Shown in pieces: positions 49,848-62,589 of a DNA stretch of 64,000 nucleotides. Every line of letters begins with the position of its first letter. Positions within the stretch are counted from its first letter, which is position 1. The notes below the pieces were generated by a model that was not told the DNA's origin, searched no databases, and saw only the letters and a program-made list of their open reading frames with translations. The DNA comes from Eledone cirrhosa. Taxonomy: Eukaryota. Made by a program: the position numbers and the translations under genes. The stretch spans positions 72,602,001-72,666,000 of the forward strand of contig OZ024744.1 of assembly GCA_964016885.1 (NCBI GenBank), in the 5' to 3' direction.

Positions 49848-51582
49848 GTTTAGGGTTATATGCATGTGTATATGATTGAATGCCCATTTGTGTGCATAGA
49901 TGCTTGTGTATATGTGTAAATATGTATGAATATGTATGAGTGGTGAAGTTGTTCAGTAGGGGTTGGATTAGGCTAAGGAAATGCTCCTGGTTATTTGTAG
50001 AGCTATGCTGCTGTGTATATTTACATCTCCTCATAATACCTATTTACAGGCAAATGAACTCTACTTACTGTTATGTAGACTGCACATTGCACATGATATC
50101 TATTTACTGTTAGTTAAACTGCACCTACCACATATTGATATGTTGTGTCATATAATCCATTGAGCAGTACTGAAAACTTTGTTCTGCTGCAGTGTATTCA
50201 GAGCTGATAAACTTGATACAACCTATTCTTCTACAACACTATATTTCTCTGTAAACTAATAAACCACTTGTCAATGTGTACAATACTGCTGCTTGTTTAC
50301 TGAAGAAAGTTGTTGCTTCACCTGATCAGCTGTTTGACAGTTTGCAGCTTTTTAAACACACAAAGCACAGATTTCTTGGCTGATTGTTTTGGTCTTCTTA
50401 GGGTACTGACTTGGTCGTCAACGCTATCTTTATACATGCTGTCTAATTCAGTGGTCGCCAACTAGTGATCCATGAGAATATTTTGGTGGTTTGCAGAACA
50501 TTTTTTATGTATTTATCTTTTTAAAAAAATTCATATCAGTGGTTGGTGGGATTTAAAATTATGAATTTTATGTTTTTGATAACCAAATCACCTGGAACCA
50601 ATCCTTCGTTCTCCAACACAAAACTGTTTCTATTAAAGTCTTCCTTCCATCATAATTTTTTTGTAAGAAACTTTATGTTCCAAGCATCAGCTTAATGAGA
50701 AAAGTTAGTTATTTCACTACTCCCTGCCCCATTCTTGATTATCTAAAATATTAATTGAAAAACCATAAGCAGAAATATAGTAACGAAAGGGTTTAATGTA
50801 ATTTTACAGCTGTATTGAGGTAACACAGTCATGCGAACTGGACATTTTCTTAACTATTTAGTAATGAGTTATGTGTATTCTATAAAAATAATTTAACAAA
50901 ATAAGTTATAATTTTATTTCTGAAAATAAAGACACTAGGCAGGAGGAATGCTAACATTATTAACAACAACATATCTCAGATATTTAGATATTAAAAAATA
51001 AATCATAGGAGATTTGAGGGAAATAAGCTGGTGCAACTAGGCATATTGGACAAGGCAAATATGCGTAACCTAGCTTCAAAACATCGAAATGAATGAATGA
51101 GAGAAGAGGGAGATGATGACAGGGGTTAGGGATGATTTTCGCAGAGGGAGAGGCATAATGACCAACGCGGCACAGCGAATGATAATAACAACAATAAAAA
51201 TAACGATGTGAATAGGACATTTTGAAATTGAGGAAGGCAGATACCAGCAGGTGGAGAAATAATCTATGGATGACTGGGATATGGTGAAAGTATTTAGGAA
51301 TCCATGTAGCCTTTCAGAAATCAGAAATCTGTCTGTCTGGCTTCGTACCACCGGAATGAATGAGAGAGAGAGAAAACGGGATGTGAATGGGTTAGGGGAG
51401 AAGCATAATGACAAACGTGGGGAAATCTGCCTGTCTGGCTTTGTACCACCGCAATGAATGAGAGAGAGACTCTGCCAAGATTGCAATTAATATATGTGCA
51501 TGATTTCATGCGAATGCACTAAATATTTCTTAGGGTGTTAACTGTTCATTTATTGATAGATTTATTGCTACTTTTGAAGATC

Positions 51583-51915
51583 ATCTTCTTTTCCCACTTA
51601 TTCCTGAGAGGGTAGTGGAGGCAGAGTCCTCAAACACTCCTTCCAGCAGGTCCTGTCAGAAGCCACCATCTCCAACTGATCCAGCTGGATCCCCAAATGA
51701 GACCAGCCAACATCATGGATATTATTCAACCACCTTGCTCGAGGTCTACCCCAGGGTCTCTTGCCAGTTGGTTTTGCCCGTAAAAATCTGTCCAGCGATT
51801 CTTTCCTGAAACATTCTAACCATGTGCCCATAGTATCGGAGCTGTGATCTCTCACTTCAGAGAAAAAGCGGCTCTACCTGGAGTGATTCTCTGATCTTCA
51901 AGTTATATACTTTTG
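51583..51915 (-). pseudogene. 3' fragment of a third RTE family. Other copies at ~37100-37200 (-), 52430-52622 (+), 57430-57722 (+)
   Basis: QLRYYGHMVRM, GKRPWGRPRARW, DRTCW; shared AATAAGTGGG-(AAG)n tail. Confidence 0.75.
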
Positions 51916-52922
51916 AACATATGTTGCTCACTGGAAATTTTTGCTGCATTATATTCTCTGGTCAAGTAAATTTGTTTCTGTTGGACAATATTCTGTGAGA
52001 TGTATCTGAAAAATATTTATAAAGCTAAGAATTATTGATTCACCATGACGAGAATTATATTTGCACTCTTATTGGAGAAAAAAAAAAAAAATTTAAATTG
52101 TAGACAAAATCTCTTATTCATTCTTTGTTGCAGAGTATTGTCTGAAAGGCAATGAATTTTCTTCTGCTTCTCTCAAGCTCTTTTTATTGGATTGACGAAA
52201 TCCGCAGAGCATTGGACAAAATGCTGCTTTGCAGTATGTGTTCTGGCTCTTTCTTTTCCATATTTCTAATAAGAAACACTGACTCCTACGATTTTCAAAT
52301 AATTTTGAAAATAATCTAGAATTTTGAGATTAAGTAATATAAATAACTACCTCATTGTTAAGCTGGTGTTAAGAAAATAACTTAAAGTTATATAGAAAGC
52401 TTTTAGATAAATATAAACACTTTGAAATCAGAGAGTCACTCCAAGTAGAGCTGCTACTTCTCTGAATTGAGAGATAACAGCTCTGATACTATGGGCATGT
52501 GGTTAGAATGGGGATCCAGTCAGATCAGTTGGAGATGGTTGCTTCTGACAGGACCTGCTGGAAGGAGTGTTTGAGGACTCTTCACCCATAACCTTCTCAA
52601 GAATAAGTGGGCAAAGAAGAAAATCAACATCTTAGTATTGCATAACCTAAGGTAGTTACAGGTGAGTGTTTGGTGCCAAAGGGATAAAGGGCTCTTGTTC
52701 TATGCTAGTATAGTTTAGATAGTTTTCTGAAACCTTTGCACGTCAGTGTTGTGATATTTGATCTCTGAGTCTCACTGTTCTGAGGTTTGATGTAACCACT
52801 TTATAGTCTACCCCAGTTTTTCTCTATCATAGATGTATTCCACTATATATTATTCAATCTCACACATTATGTCAATATTAGGGAAGTCATTTCTCTTGTA
52901 TTCATTAGTTTTTTTAGGCATA

Positions 52923-52954
<32 letters not shown>

Positions 52955-53673
52955 TTTTCCAGTTTATTTACACTGAAATTTAACCTAACAACATGGTATG
53001 TACTCCAGACTATCATAAACATATTTCTCTCTTCTACAATGCAAAATGTTTTATTGCGATATTAGTAGACTTTTAAGAGATTGTTTGGTAATATTTGTAG
53101 AATTCTGTTTATTACAAACATTTTAAGATAAAGATGAAAATAGCTACTCTTCAACAGCTGGTTTGATGATAACCTTAGATATTTTGTAAAGATAATTCCA
53201 GCTACTACTCGTATTCCTTATTGAACAATTATGAACAAATTATACACACATTTTATAAAATACATGCAAAATATATTGGAAAATAGCTTGATATATTTAC
53301 TAATTCAAAAACTGGATTGTTTGAGCCCTACCCTATTCTATATATATTTTTCTTTTAAATAAAAATTCAGAATGTTTCCAGTTTTATTTTCAGTATTTAT
53401 ACATTAGTGTGTTTTTCTTCTTATTTCATTTTTTTATTCTTTAGTCAAAGAGGCGGGAATAGAGTTGCATTTTATCTCTTTGCCATTCCTTTTTTCCTCT
53501 TGGGGATTGATCAGGATAAAGTAAGATGAAGTTACTGGTGTTGGGTGTTTAGTTTGAACCAAACTATAGTTAATAAAGAAAACATAGATCAAAAGGGAAA
53601 CATGGATTTGGAATAAAAACGTCAATTGGGAGCAGATTCTAGTGGGTGACAGTTCTCGGACTGAAGGTGTAGA

Positions 53674-53874
53674 TTAACCCTTTAGTATTTACATTACTCT
53701 ATATTTACTATTGTATTTACATAATTATCTCACATAATATCGAATCTATGAGATTTTGATATTATTTATTTTGAGAACAATGCCTTAATATATGCATGAG
53801 TGGCTGGTTACAGCCAGTTTGAATAGAAAGAGGTGAGAGAATTCTGGCCGGATACGGCTGGTTTAAAGGGTCAA
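53674..53874 (+). mobile_element. piggyBac-type MITE copy
   Basis: TTAACCCTTTAG and conserved internal sequence; right TIR damaged. Confidence 0.8.
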
Positions 53875-54507
53875 TTCTTCAGATGGAAGAATAACTCGTA
53901 TATCAAGTAGGCTACAGGTGATTCAACAAGCTGCAAGGAGTGGATGCTTTTGCAGAAGTGAAAGAGAGTATCTACTCTCTTCATAGCAATGTCACAACAT
54001 ACACACAAAAAAAGAGCAGCAAATTAACTGAGTCATTAGAGCATCACATTAAAGATACTTTGCAGTTGCAGTATATGTTCTGACAGTCTGCACTCTGAAT
54101 TAAATGTTGTCATAGTGAACAGTGCATTTCATTTTTTGAGTGTTTTGAAGGCTTTTAGTGCTAACTCTCAGTGCAATTGCTGGCTTTGATAAACTGGCAT
54201 CTTGTAGAAAAGGAAATTTGTTTCTCATTTTGAAAACAAAAAAAGAAAAAGAGAAGAAAAGAACCACCTGCCCAGTAAGTTGCAGACATCTAATAATTTA
54301 GAGGAATGGAATCTGTGGCAATATTGAGAGAGAAAGAGAGTAAGATAGAGAAATTAAGACAGTGAAAGATTGTGAAAGGAAAGGAAAAGGAGAGCAGAGA
54401 TATAAATAGATAGTAATGAAGACTTTTCCAGACTCACATAAGTTTTTGTTACCTTACGCACTTGTTGACTTACGCACTTGTTGACTGTAAAATGGAAATG
54501 GAGTAGT

Positions 54508-54574
<67 letters not shown>

Positions 54575-54792
54575 CATACTTACACATATATGTATATATA
54601 TATACATACACATATGTGAGAGACACCACAACATAAACACAAACTCTCCATCTCAGTTTTACTTTTGATAGTCATAAGAACTGTGAAACCGGTAAAATAA
54701 ATGAATATTCTTAAAAGACTCCAGTTGCATTTTCAATTTCTTTTTCTTAGACACACACACAGTCACACAGATGCACACACAGTTGCACACAC

Positions 54793-54944
54793 AGTTTGGT
54801 GGAAGTGGTTCCACAGCGGTTGGTTCACCATACGGCGAACAAATGTTTCACCTTATTCGGATCCTCAGCTCCAAATAAGGTGAAGGTGAAACATTTGTTC
54901 TTGGTATGGTGAACTAACTGTTGTGGAACTACTTCTACCAAACT
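54793..54944. repeat. Fold-back element (~70 bp arms)
   Basis: AGTTTGGTGGAAGTGGTTCCACA...GAACAAATGTTTCACCTT is mirrored by AAGGTGAAACATTTGTTC...TGTGGAACTACTTCTACCAAACT. Confidence 0.8.
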
Positions 54945-55414
54945 TGTCTCATGGAGTGAGTGCTCTTCTACTGCAGATGTAACCCACCAGTTACTATTAT
55001 ATATATTACTATTATATATATAAAGTTGTTAGATTGAAGAATGGAGTCATCAGCAAAGGAATTGGTTATGTTTGCATGGGTACTACTAACAAGATGAGGT
55101 TACGTTTAAAGGCAGATATAACAATATTGAGATTTTTTTTTCTGTGGCAAGAGATCAATGCACAAGGCTAGAAGTGAACATATTCCAGCTTATTGTTTAC
55201 TCAAATAAATTACATCTGCAGATTTAACAGTTTTAAAAAAAATTACTTTTATGTAAATTCTGGATTTTGTATCCTTGCAATATGCTTCAAGTAAATCCTA
55301 TATACACTTTCTTTTAGCGTTTTAGTAATATATATATATATATATATGTGTGTGTATAACTATATATATGTGTATATATTTATATATACATATATGTATA
55401 TATATATATATATA

Positions 55415-56557
55415 TAGGAAAGGCGTAGGTAGAAACTCCATTTTATGTCCCAAATGCAAAGTATGGGAGCATAAAGGATGTAGTGGGATAACAGGTAAGC
55501 TAACTAAGAACATAGATTTTACATGTGGCCGGTGCTCTGGTGCAATAAGTAGCAGCAAGTGCCCACAAAATACTGCGCAGAGGGTTCTATAGAAATAGTG
55601 GACAGCTTCCGTTACCTGGGTGACAAAATCAGCAGTGGGGGAGGGTGCTCTGAAAGTACAGTAGCTAGAGTCAGAACTGGATGGAAAAAGTTCAGAGAGC
55701 TTATACCACTATTAGCCGCTAAAGGGTTCTCCCTAAAAATGAAAGGCAGGTTGTATGGTGCCTGCATACGAACAGCTATGTTGCATGGCAGTGAGACCTG
55801 GGCATTGTGTGCAGAGGATATACGCAGACTAGAGAGGAACGAAGCTTGAATGCTCCGCTGGATGTGTAATAGTAATATACATGAACGGCAAAGCATAAAC
55901 GAACTCAGGAAAAAATTAGAAATAAGAGGGATCAGATGTTGTTTACTCGAGAGAAGGCTACGTTGGTATGGTCACGAGATGCACATGAAAGACGACAGCT
56001 GTATAACAAAGTGCAGGGCAATAAAGATAGACGGTAGCCACGGAATAGGCAGACCCAGAAAAACCTGGGACGACCTGATAAACTCCGACCTCACACACTT
56101 ACACCTCTCCAAGACAATGTCACTGGACCGAGATCTTTGGCGGTACTCAGTAATAGAGAAGACCCGCGTTACCTAAATACAAAATAAAACCTACTACAGT
56201 CAGTAGGCATCTCTAACAAAATACACCCCCATACTTCCACCCCATCCACACCACCCCTTTCAATGTAAAGTTATGTTGGTGCCACAACATCCAGGCCGAA
56301 ACAAATGAGATCGTGTAGGTGTCACGACAAAAAACACACAGTCCACGCTGTAATGTGGCCGTGTAGGCAACATGGTAAAAACCTCCCAGCCCCACACTGT
56401 AAATGTGGTTGGTGTTAGGAAGGGCATCCAGCCGTAGAAAACCCGCCAGACAATCCTATACGAGCAAGACAACCACTCTTGCCTCAAGTGGGAAAACTCC
56501 CGTCCAAACCCAGCAAGCGTGGAACATGGACGTTAAACGATGATGATGATGATGATG
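55415..56557 (+). mobile_element. 5'-truncated young copy of the RTE at 1878-6503
   Basis: Near-identical to 5327-6503. Starts inside the PHD finger, has a small frameshifting deletion near 55570 and a TGA at 55847-55849, and keeps the full 3'UTR and (ATG)n tail. 5' flank is (TA)n. Confidence 0.95.
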
Positions 56558-59299
56558 TATGTATATGTATGTATTTGTGTGTGTGTGTGTCTAGCAGCTT
56601 ATCTCTGTAAAGTATTTTATCTGGATCCTACCAGATGGTTTATTTAACAATTTTTATTGCCTCTTAATACATAAGGGTTTTCCAGATATATATGTCCTTT
56701 CAATGGTGTTCTTTGTGTATTTTATCAATATGATACTTGTCTTAATATTTTCAAATTAAGTGTTGGGATTTCCAAAACATGCCTGATTTGTCATTATTCA
56801 TTATTATTACTTTTTGATTTATAAGATATCATAGATGGGAATAGATTTATGATAGAAGACTATGACTAAGTAAGGCCAATGCTTAATCTACTTATTACAG
56901 TATATCAAGATTTGACATAACTTTTTATTTATTTATTGATCTAGAACAGTCATGAGCTAACTGTGACCCATTTGACATTCTGAATGGCACACCTAATTTC
57001 CAAATTGCCATTAATTTTTTAGTTGTATGGCTTTACTTATGATTAACCATATTCTTTAATGTGATACTCTAATGACTCAGTTAATTTGCTGCTCTTCTTT
57101 TGTGTGTATGTTGTGACATTGCTATGAAGAGAGCAGATACTCTCTTTCACTTCTGCAAAAGCATCTACTCTTTGCAGCTTGTTGAATCACCTGTAGCCTA
57201 CTTGATATACGAGTTATTCTTCCATCTGAAGAATTGACCCTTTCAACCAGCTGTATCCAGCCAGAATTCTCTCACCTCTTTCTATTCAAACTGTGGCTCA
57301 CTGCTAGAAAAAGATTTCCCATACTTGATCTAGCATCTTCCATTGGGATTTGATCTTGATGATGTTGATTCTATGCTCAATATAATCTGTGTTTATTTTC
57401 TGAACACACCTTCAGCTATGCCAGGATTTTCAGCCACTACTTCTCTGAATTGAGAGATCATAGCAGCTCTGATACTATGGGCATGTGGTTAAAATGTCTT
57501 AGGAAAGAATAACTGGACAGATTTTATGGGCGAGACCCAGGGGTAGACCCAAAGCAAGATGGTTGGATAACATCCATGTTATCCAACATGCTTAGCTGGT
57601 CACGCATTGAGATCCAGCCGGATTAGTTGGAGACAGTTGCTTCTGACAGGACCCACTTGAAGGAGTGTTCGAGGAGTCTGCGCACCGTGACTCTCTCAGG
57701 AATAAGTGGGCGAAGAAGAAGGTTTTATAAGGAGAGAAGTAGCAATGTAATGATTACGAACTCTAAATGTCTCAATTCACGATCCACCATTTTTAAGTAA
57801 TCAGACCCCCCCCCCCCCCCCCCAACTGATAATTAGAATGATCAATTATTTTGTTTATGAAATAGTCTCCTTCACTTCAAAGTTATTGTTATCTTCAATT
57901 TTCTCAGAGCTGCAGTTTTTAGCTTCTTGACAATTATGTGATTCACAGCCAAAGCAAATAGGAAATTATCGCATTTATGGAATTTCACCTAATATTAGCA
58001 CAGTGTTTAATTAAGGCATGGCATTTTATTCTTTATCATAATTATGTCTGTATAAATATCATATCTATTTATAGTCATGTGTCTATGTATGTATGTGTGT
58101 GTTTGTGTGTATGTATGTATTTGTATGTGTGTTTGTGTGTATGTATGTGTATGTTCGTGTATATATCTATATATAAATGTTGTGAGCATATGAAAGCCAG
58201 AAATTTTATTAAATCTTTTTGTTTGAAATTTTTTTGTTTGTTTTCATCATAATTACTTCCAGCAGGCCTTCCCTTATTTCTGTTGAATATTCCTGACTAT
58301 ATAGATTGTTACAAAGAACTAAATCATTGGTGTTAATACTGCAATACAACTATTTTTAAGGCCCGTTTTCCTGCTAAAGCCGAGGTTAGCCTTGTGGGCC
58401 ATTGACATGGTGGTGGTGAGTCCTTTTTTGAGTCAATGTTTTACAGTTAGATGTCCTTCCTGATGCTAACCCTAGTCACCTTATGACACATAAGGATATA
58501 ATACTATGATAAATTAAAAAGGATGCAAATATGTGATAATAATATTTCAATAATGAAAAGAATGATAAAATATGAGGGGTGAGAGGTTTAAGCCCAGGGG
58601 AGACCAGATCAAGCAGACCTGTGATGAAAGATATTCCAACCTTTAGTTTTTCATCTTCTTGTATATCTAAGACTACATTAGCCAATGTGTCATCATCCTC
58701 TTCATCATCATCATTTTTTAGGTCCACCTTTTCCATATTGTTATGGGCTTGATAAGACTTTTTTGAGGAAATATACCATATCCAGATATCCTTCTTCATG
58801 CCAACCAGAATCTTATTCATAAGTATGGCACTTATCTTTGTCAAATTACTAATTTCATTCATTCAGCTCCATTACTCTCTATGGAGCATAGGCCATTGAT
58901 GACCCTCTGCCATCATATACAATCCTGGCCTGCTCTCAATTATTTGAGACCCAGAGTACATCATCCAATGTGTTAGTTTTTACTATTTTAAAGACAAAAT
59001 GATGATTGGAAGAAGGTTTTAACTACTATTCCCAAGTGATCAATTGATGCCTAGCGTGTTATTAATTAGTCTCAAGTTAGTACTAATCCAACATAATCTT
59101 TAAACAGAGATGTTCTCTATTTTATTTCCCACATTATATATATTACATTATCTCATGTTCCATCTGCTCTGCTTTTATCCAATAGAATGCAGTTTAAGGA
59201 AGATTTGGCTATTAATTCTAGCTACTCCATTGTCAATAAGAGATCAGATTAGTTTGGTTTCTTAGAATGGTTAAATAAAATTAGAAAAGGAAATCGAAA

Positions 59300-60320
59300 C
59301 ATACACATGGTATGTCAACAATATGTGTGTGTGGACCTATACTAACACTATGCTATGTTAATAATGTGTGTGTGTGTGTAGGGATCAACCAACAATGTGT
59401 ATGTATATATAGATAAACACTAACACAGTACTGTGTCAACAATGTGTGAGTATATGTAGATCAACAAAACCACAGTACTGTGTCAACAATGTGTGTGTAT
59501 ATATATATATAAATAATTGTTTCTACTTTTTGGCACAAGGCCAGCAATTACCCAGTGCATTACTGGTACTTTATTTTATTGACCCCATAAGGATGAAAGG
59601 CAAAGTTAACCTCGGAAGATCAAAAGATGGTTAAAAGAGTTCCATGTATTTTATTATGCGCATTTCAAAAACAAATATCATCATGGGATGATATTTGCGT
59701 TCTCATCTTAAAAAACACTTGCGAGCAGTGAAGTGTTAAATCAACACCTCATTTAATAACGCAAATATCATCCCATGATGATATTTGTTTTTGAAATGCG
59801 CATAATAAAATACATGGAACTCTTTTAACCATCTTTTGATCTTATATTATTTATACTCCAGTCCCATAAACTGTTGAGTGCTACTTATCCGATATTTGCA
59901 TTGCTTTATTGTGCTACAATAAAACTCACCTCCTACATATATATATATAGATCATCAACACTAATACAGTACTGTGTCAACAATGTGTGTGTATGTATAT
60001 ATATATATATATATAGATCATCAACACTAATACAGTACTGTGTCAACAATGTGTGTGTATGTATATATATATATATATATAGATCATCAACACTAATACA
60101 GTACTGTGTCAACAATGTGTATGTGTGTGTATATATATATATATAAATGGAGAGAGATCAACAACAACACAGCAGTATGTCAAAAAGTATATATAGATCA
60201 ACAACACAGTTCTGTGTCAATAATGTGTGTATATATAGATAGATCAACACAGCACTGTGTCAACAATGTGTGTATGTACATATGTGTGGATCAACACCTT
60301 TATGTGAACAACATGTGTGA
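59300..60320 (+). repeat. Degenerate ~45-65 bp minisatellite interrupted by a SINE and a fold-back element
   Basis: Repeated ATAGATCA(TCA)ACACTAATACAGTACTGTGTCAACAATGTGTGTGTAT(AT)n. Confidence 0.8.
59616..59843. repeat. Fold-back element with ~86 bp perfect arms
   Basis: AAGATCAAAAGATGG...GATATTTGCGTT is mirrored exactly at about 59758-59843. Confidence 0.9.
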
Positions 60321-60330
60321 TTCACTAAAT

Positions 60331-60547
60331 TTAACCCCCTTATCATTTACATTATTCTATATTTACTTTTGTATTTTCACAGTAAAGGATTTACCTCACA
60401 TAACTATCTCACATAATATCAAATCTATGAGATGTTTATATTATTTATTTTGAGAACAATACCTTAACATCAGTACGAATGGCCGGTTACAGAAGGGGGT
60501 GAGAGGATTCTGGCCGGATACGGCCGGTTTAAATGCTAAAGGGTTAA
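60331..60547 (+). mobile_element. piggyBac-type MITE copy
   Basis: TTAA/TIR and internal match. Confidence 0.85.
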
Positions 60548-61084
60548 TCTCAATGAATAACAAATGAAATACAATTATGTCACAAGCTTGAAATATCATG
60601 AAAATGGACATACTAATTACCATAGGATTTATTTTAAATAGGAACTCTTTTAAATAGATGGTATTATTCCATAGAAGCTGGGGACGTTTGGGGCAGCTTG
60701 CTATCAAAGGGGTTAAATAAAATTATGATGGAAAAATCAGATAAATATAAACACTTGAAAATAAACAATTTTGGCACTAGGAAAGGCATCCAACCATAGA
60801 AGCCAAGCCAAAATCAGCACTGTGTGAGCAAAACACGGTCGTTCAACCTGACCCCTCACATGCTAACATGGAAAATGGATGTTAAATGATGATGATGATG
60901 ATAACCGGGGGCAATATCAGGTGGTTTGATATCAAAATCACTGAGGGAAGACACAGTTCATGGCATTGTGTATGTATCTCTATTTCGGTATGTTCATATT
61001 AATACAATCAATGTAAGTGGTGATTTTTGTTTATGTCCTGCATAATCAATATCTCCAGTAGCTTAGTAATTTGTAGACTAATGG

Positions 61085-61452
61085 AAAGTGTGGTTGATCA
61101 ATGTTGGGGACCAACCAAGACATCACAGCCAGGATTGGCAAGGTGGAAGTGAATGGGATGGGACAAGAACCAGTGGCAAAGCAGATTCAGTGGAGGAAGT
61201 GGAACTGGATTGGACAAACCCACAGAAAACCAGCATCCAGCACCCCACACCAAGCCCTGACTTGGAACCCGTATGGTAAAAGAAAGAGAAGCTGGCTCTG
61301 CAACAGCTGGAGGTGTGTGACAATGAGGCTGAATTAAGAAAACTGGAAGCCAATTAGAGTGGAGTAGAGAGAGCAGGCCAGGATTGTATATGATGGCAGA
61401 GGGTCATCAATGGCCTATGCTCCATAGAGAGTAATGGAGCTGAATGAATGAA
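61085..61452 (+). pseudogene. 3' fragment of a fourth RTE-type LINE family, with (TGAA)n tail
   Basis: GQEPVAKQIQWRKWNWIG.THRK...QALTWNPYGKRKR. Confidence 0.75.
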
Positions 61453-62087
61453 ATTAGTAATTTGACAAAGATAAGTGCCATACTTATGAATAAGATTCTG
61501 GTTGGCATGAAGAAGGATATCTGGATATGGTATATTTCCTCAAAAAAGTCTTATCAAGCCCATAACAATATGGAAAAGGTGGACCTAAAAAATGATGATG
61601 ATGAAGAGGATGATGACACATTGGCTAATGTAGTCTTAGATATACAAGAAGATGAAAAACTAAAGGTTGGAATATCTTTCATCACAGGTCTGCTTGATCT
61701 GGTCTCCCCTGGGCTTAAACCTCTCACCCCTCATATATTTTATCATTCTTTTCATTATTGAAATATTTCTTATATCCTCAAATAAGTGTTGTGTGTTCAT
61801 TCCTGTATGTCATAAAAGGTAACTAAAAGAGTTGATGCCAAGAAGCATTTCAGGTCATACAACATTGCTTCAAAAATGACCCCGTGATGGATATAAATCT
61901 CTCCATGGGGCTCAAATGGCTAACTCCTGTTTCAGCAGGGTAAATGACTTTAAAACACTTGTATCAATATTTATATGGGCTAGATGACTCCATAATTATT
62001 ATTTTTTTTCAATGGAATTAACATATATATATATATATTAGTATTGGTGCTCTGAAATAGCGATGTATACATGAATGTATGTATAGT

Positions 62088-62288
62088 ATATTTGGCAATA
62101 TACCGTATGTTTAATTAAAAACATTTTAAAGTAGTGACTGTCACTTACATATTTTCGGCAAAGGTAGGGAGAGAGGCTGACAGTCTGTTTCTCACTGTTT
62201 GGCGTTTATCAAAACCAGGCACTCCCCTGCTTAGCGAATGGTGTTCTAAATGTTTTTAATTAAACATACGGTATATTGCGTAATATAC
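62088..62288. repeat. Fold-back element (~45 bp arms)
   Basis: GCAATATACCGTATGTTTAATTAAAAACATTT / AAATGTTTTTAATTAAACATACGGTATATTGC. Confidence 0.8.
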
Positions 62289-62329
<41 letters not shown>

Positions 62330-62498
62330 TGTATTTATCATTGTTGTGATATATGTATGGCCACTGCCTTCGGTCGCTTTTCTTGGCGTCACACTTTTTA
62401 ATTGTTGTGTTTACTCTAGATGGTATTGTATTAACATGCTGCTCTATTGAGTGCTTTGTGATTGCTTTAAACAACTCGATTAGTACTTAGATTCATAC

Positions 62499-62545
<47 letters not shown>

Positions 62546-62589
62546 TAGTGCTGCTCCTGAACACTAATTATTTTTTGCCAAGCTCTAAA

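Larger units (their letters stand above)
53815..57293. repeat. Local inverted duplication: 53815-54055 vs 57053-57293 (~240 bp)
   Basis: High-identity reverse complement covering part of a MITE plus its flank. Confidence 0.9.
58541..61767. repeat. Local inverted duplication: 58541-58937 vs 61369-61767 (~397 bp, almost identical)
   Basis: Both copies give the same translated ORF (58476-58862 - and 61444-61761 +). I see only a 2-nt indel between them. Confidence 0.92.

Noticed and set aside
50240-50430. Possible piggyBac transposase Cys-rich C-terminal remnant on the minus strand (RNLCFVC..TTFF..HIDKW)
   Set aside because: Too degenerate to support without a profile search.
58476-61761. Duplicated ORF MNEISNLTK... 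as a gene pair
   Set aside because: Built from a (TGAA)n LINE tail plus SINE-tail sequence; the poly-D is an (ATG)n tail.
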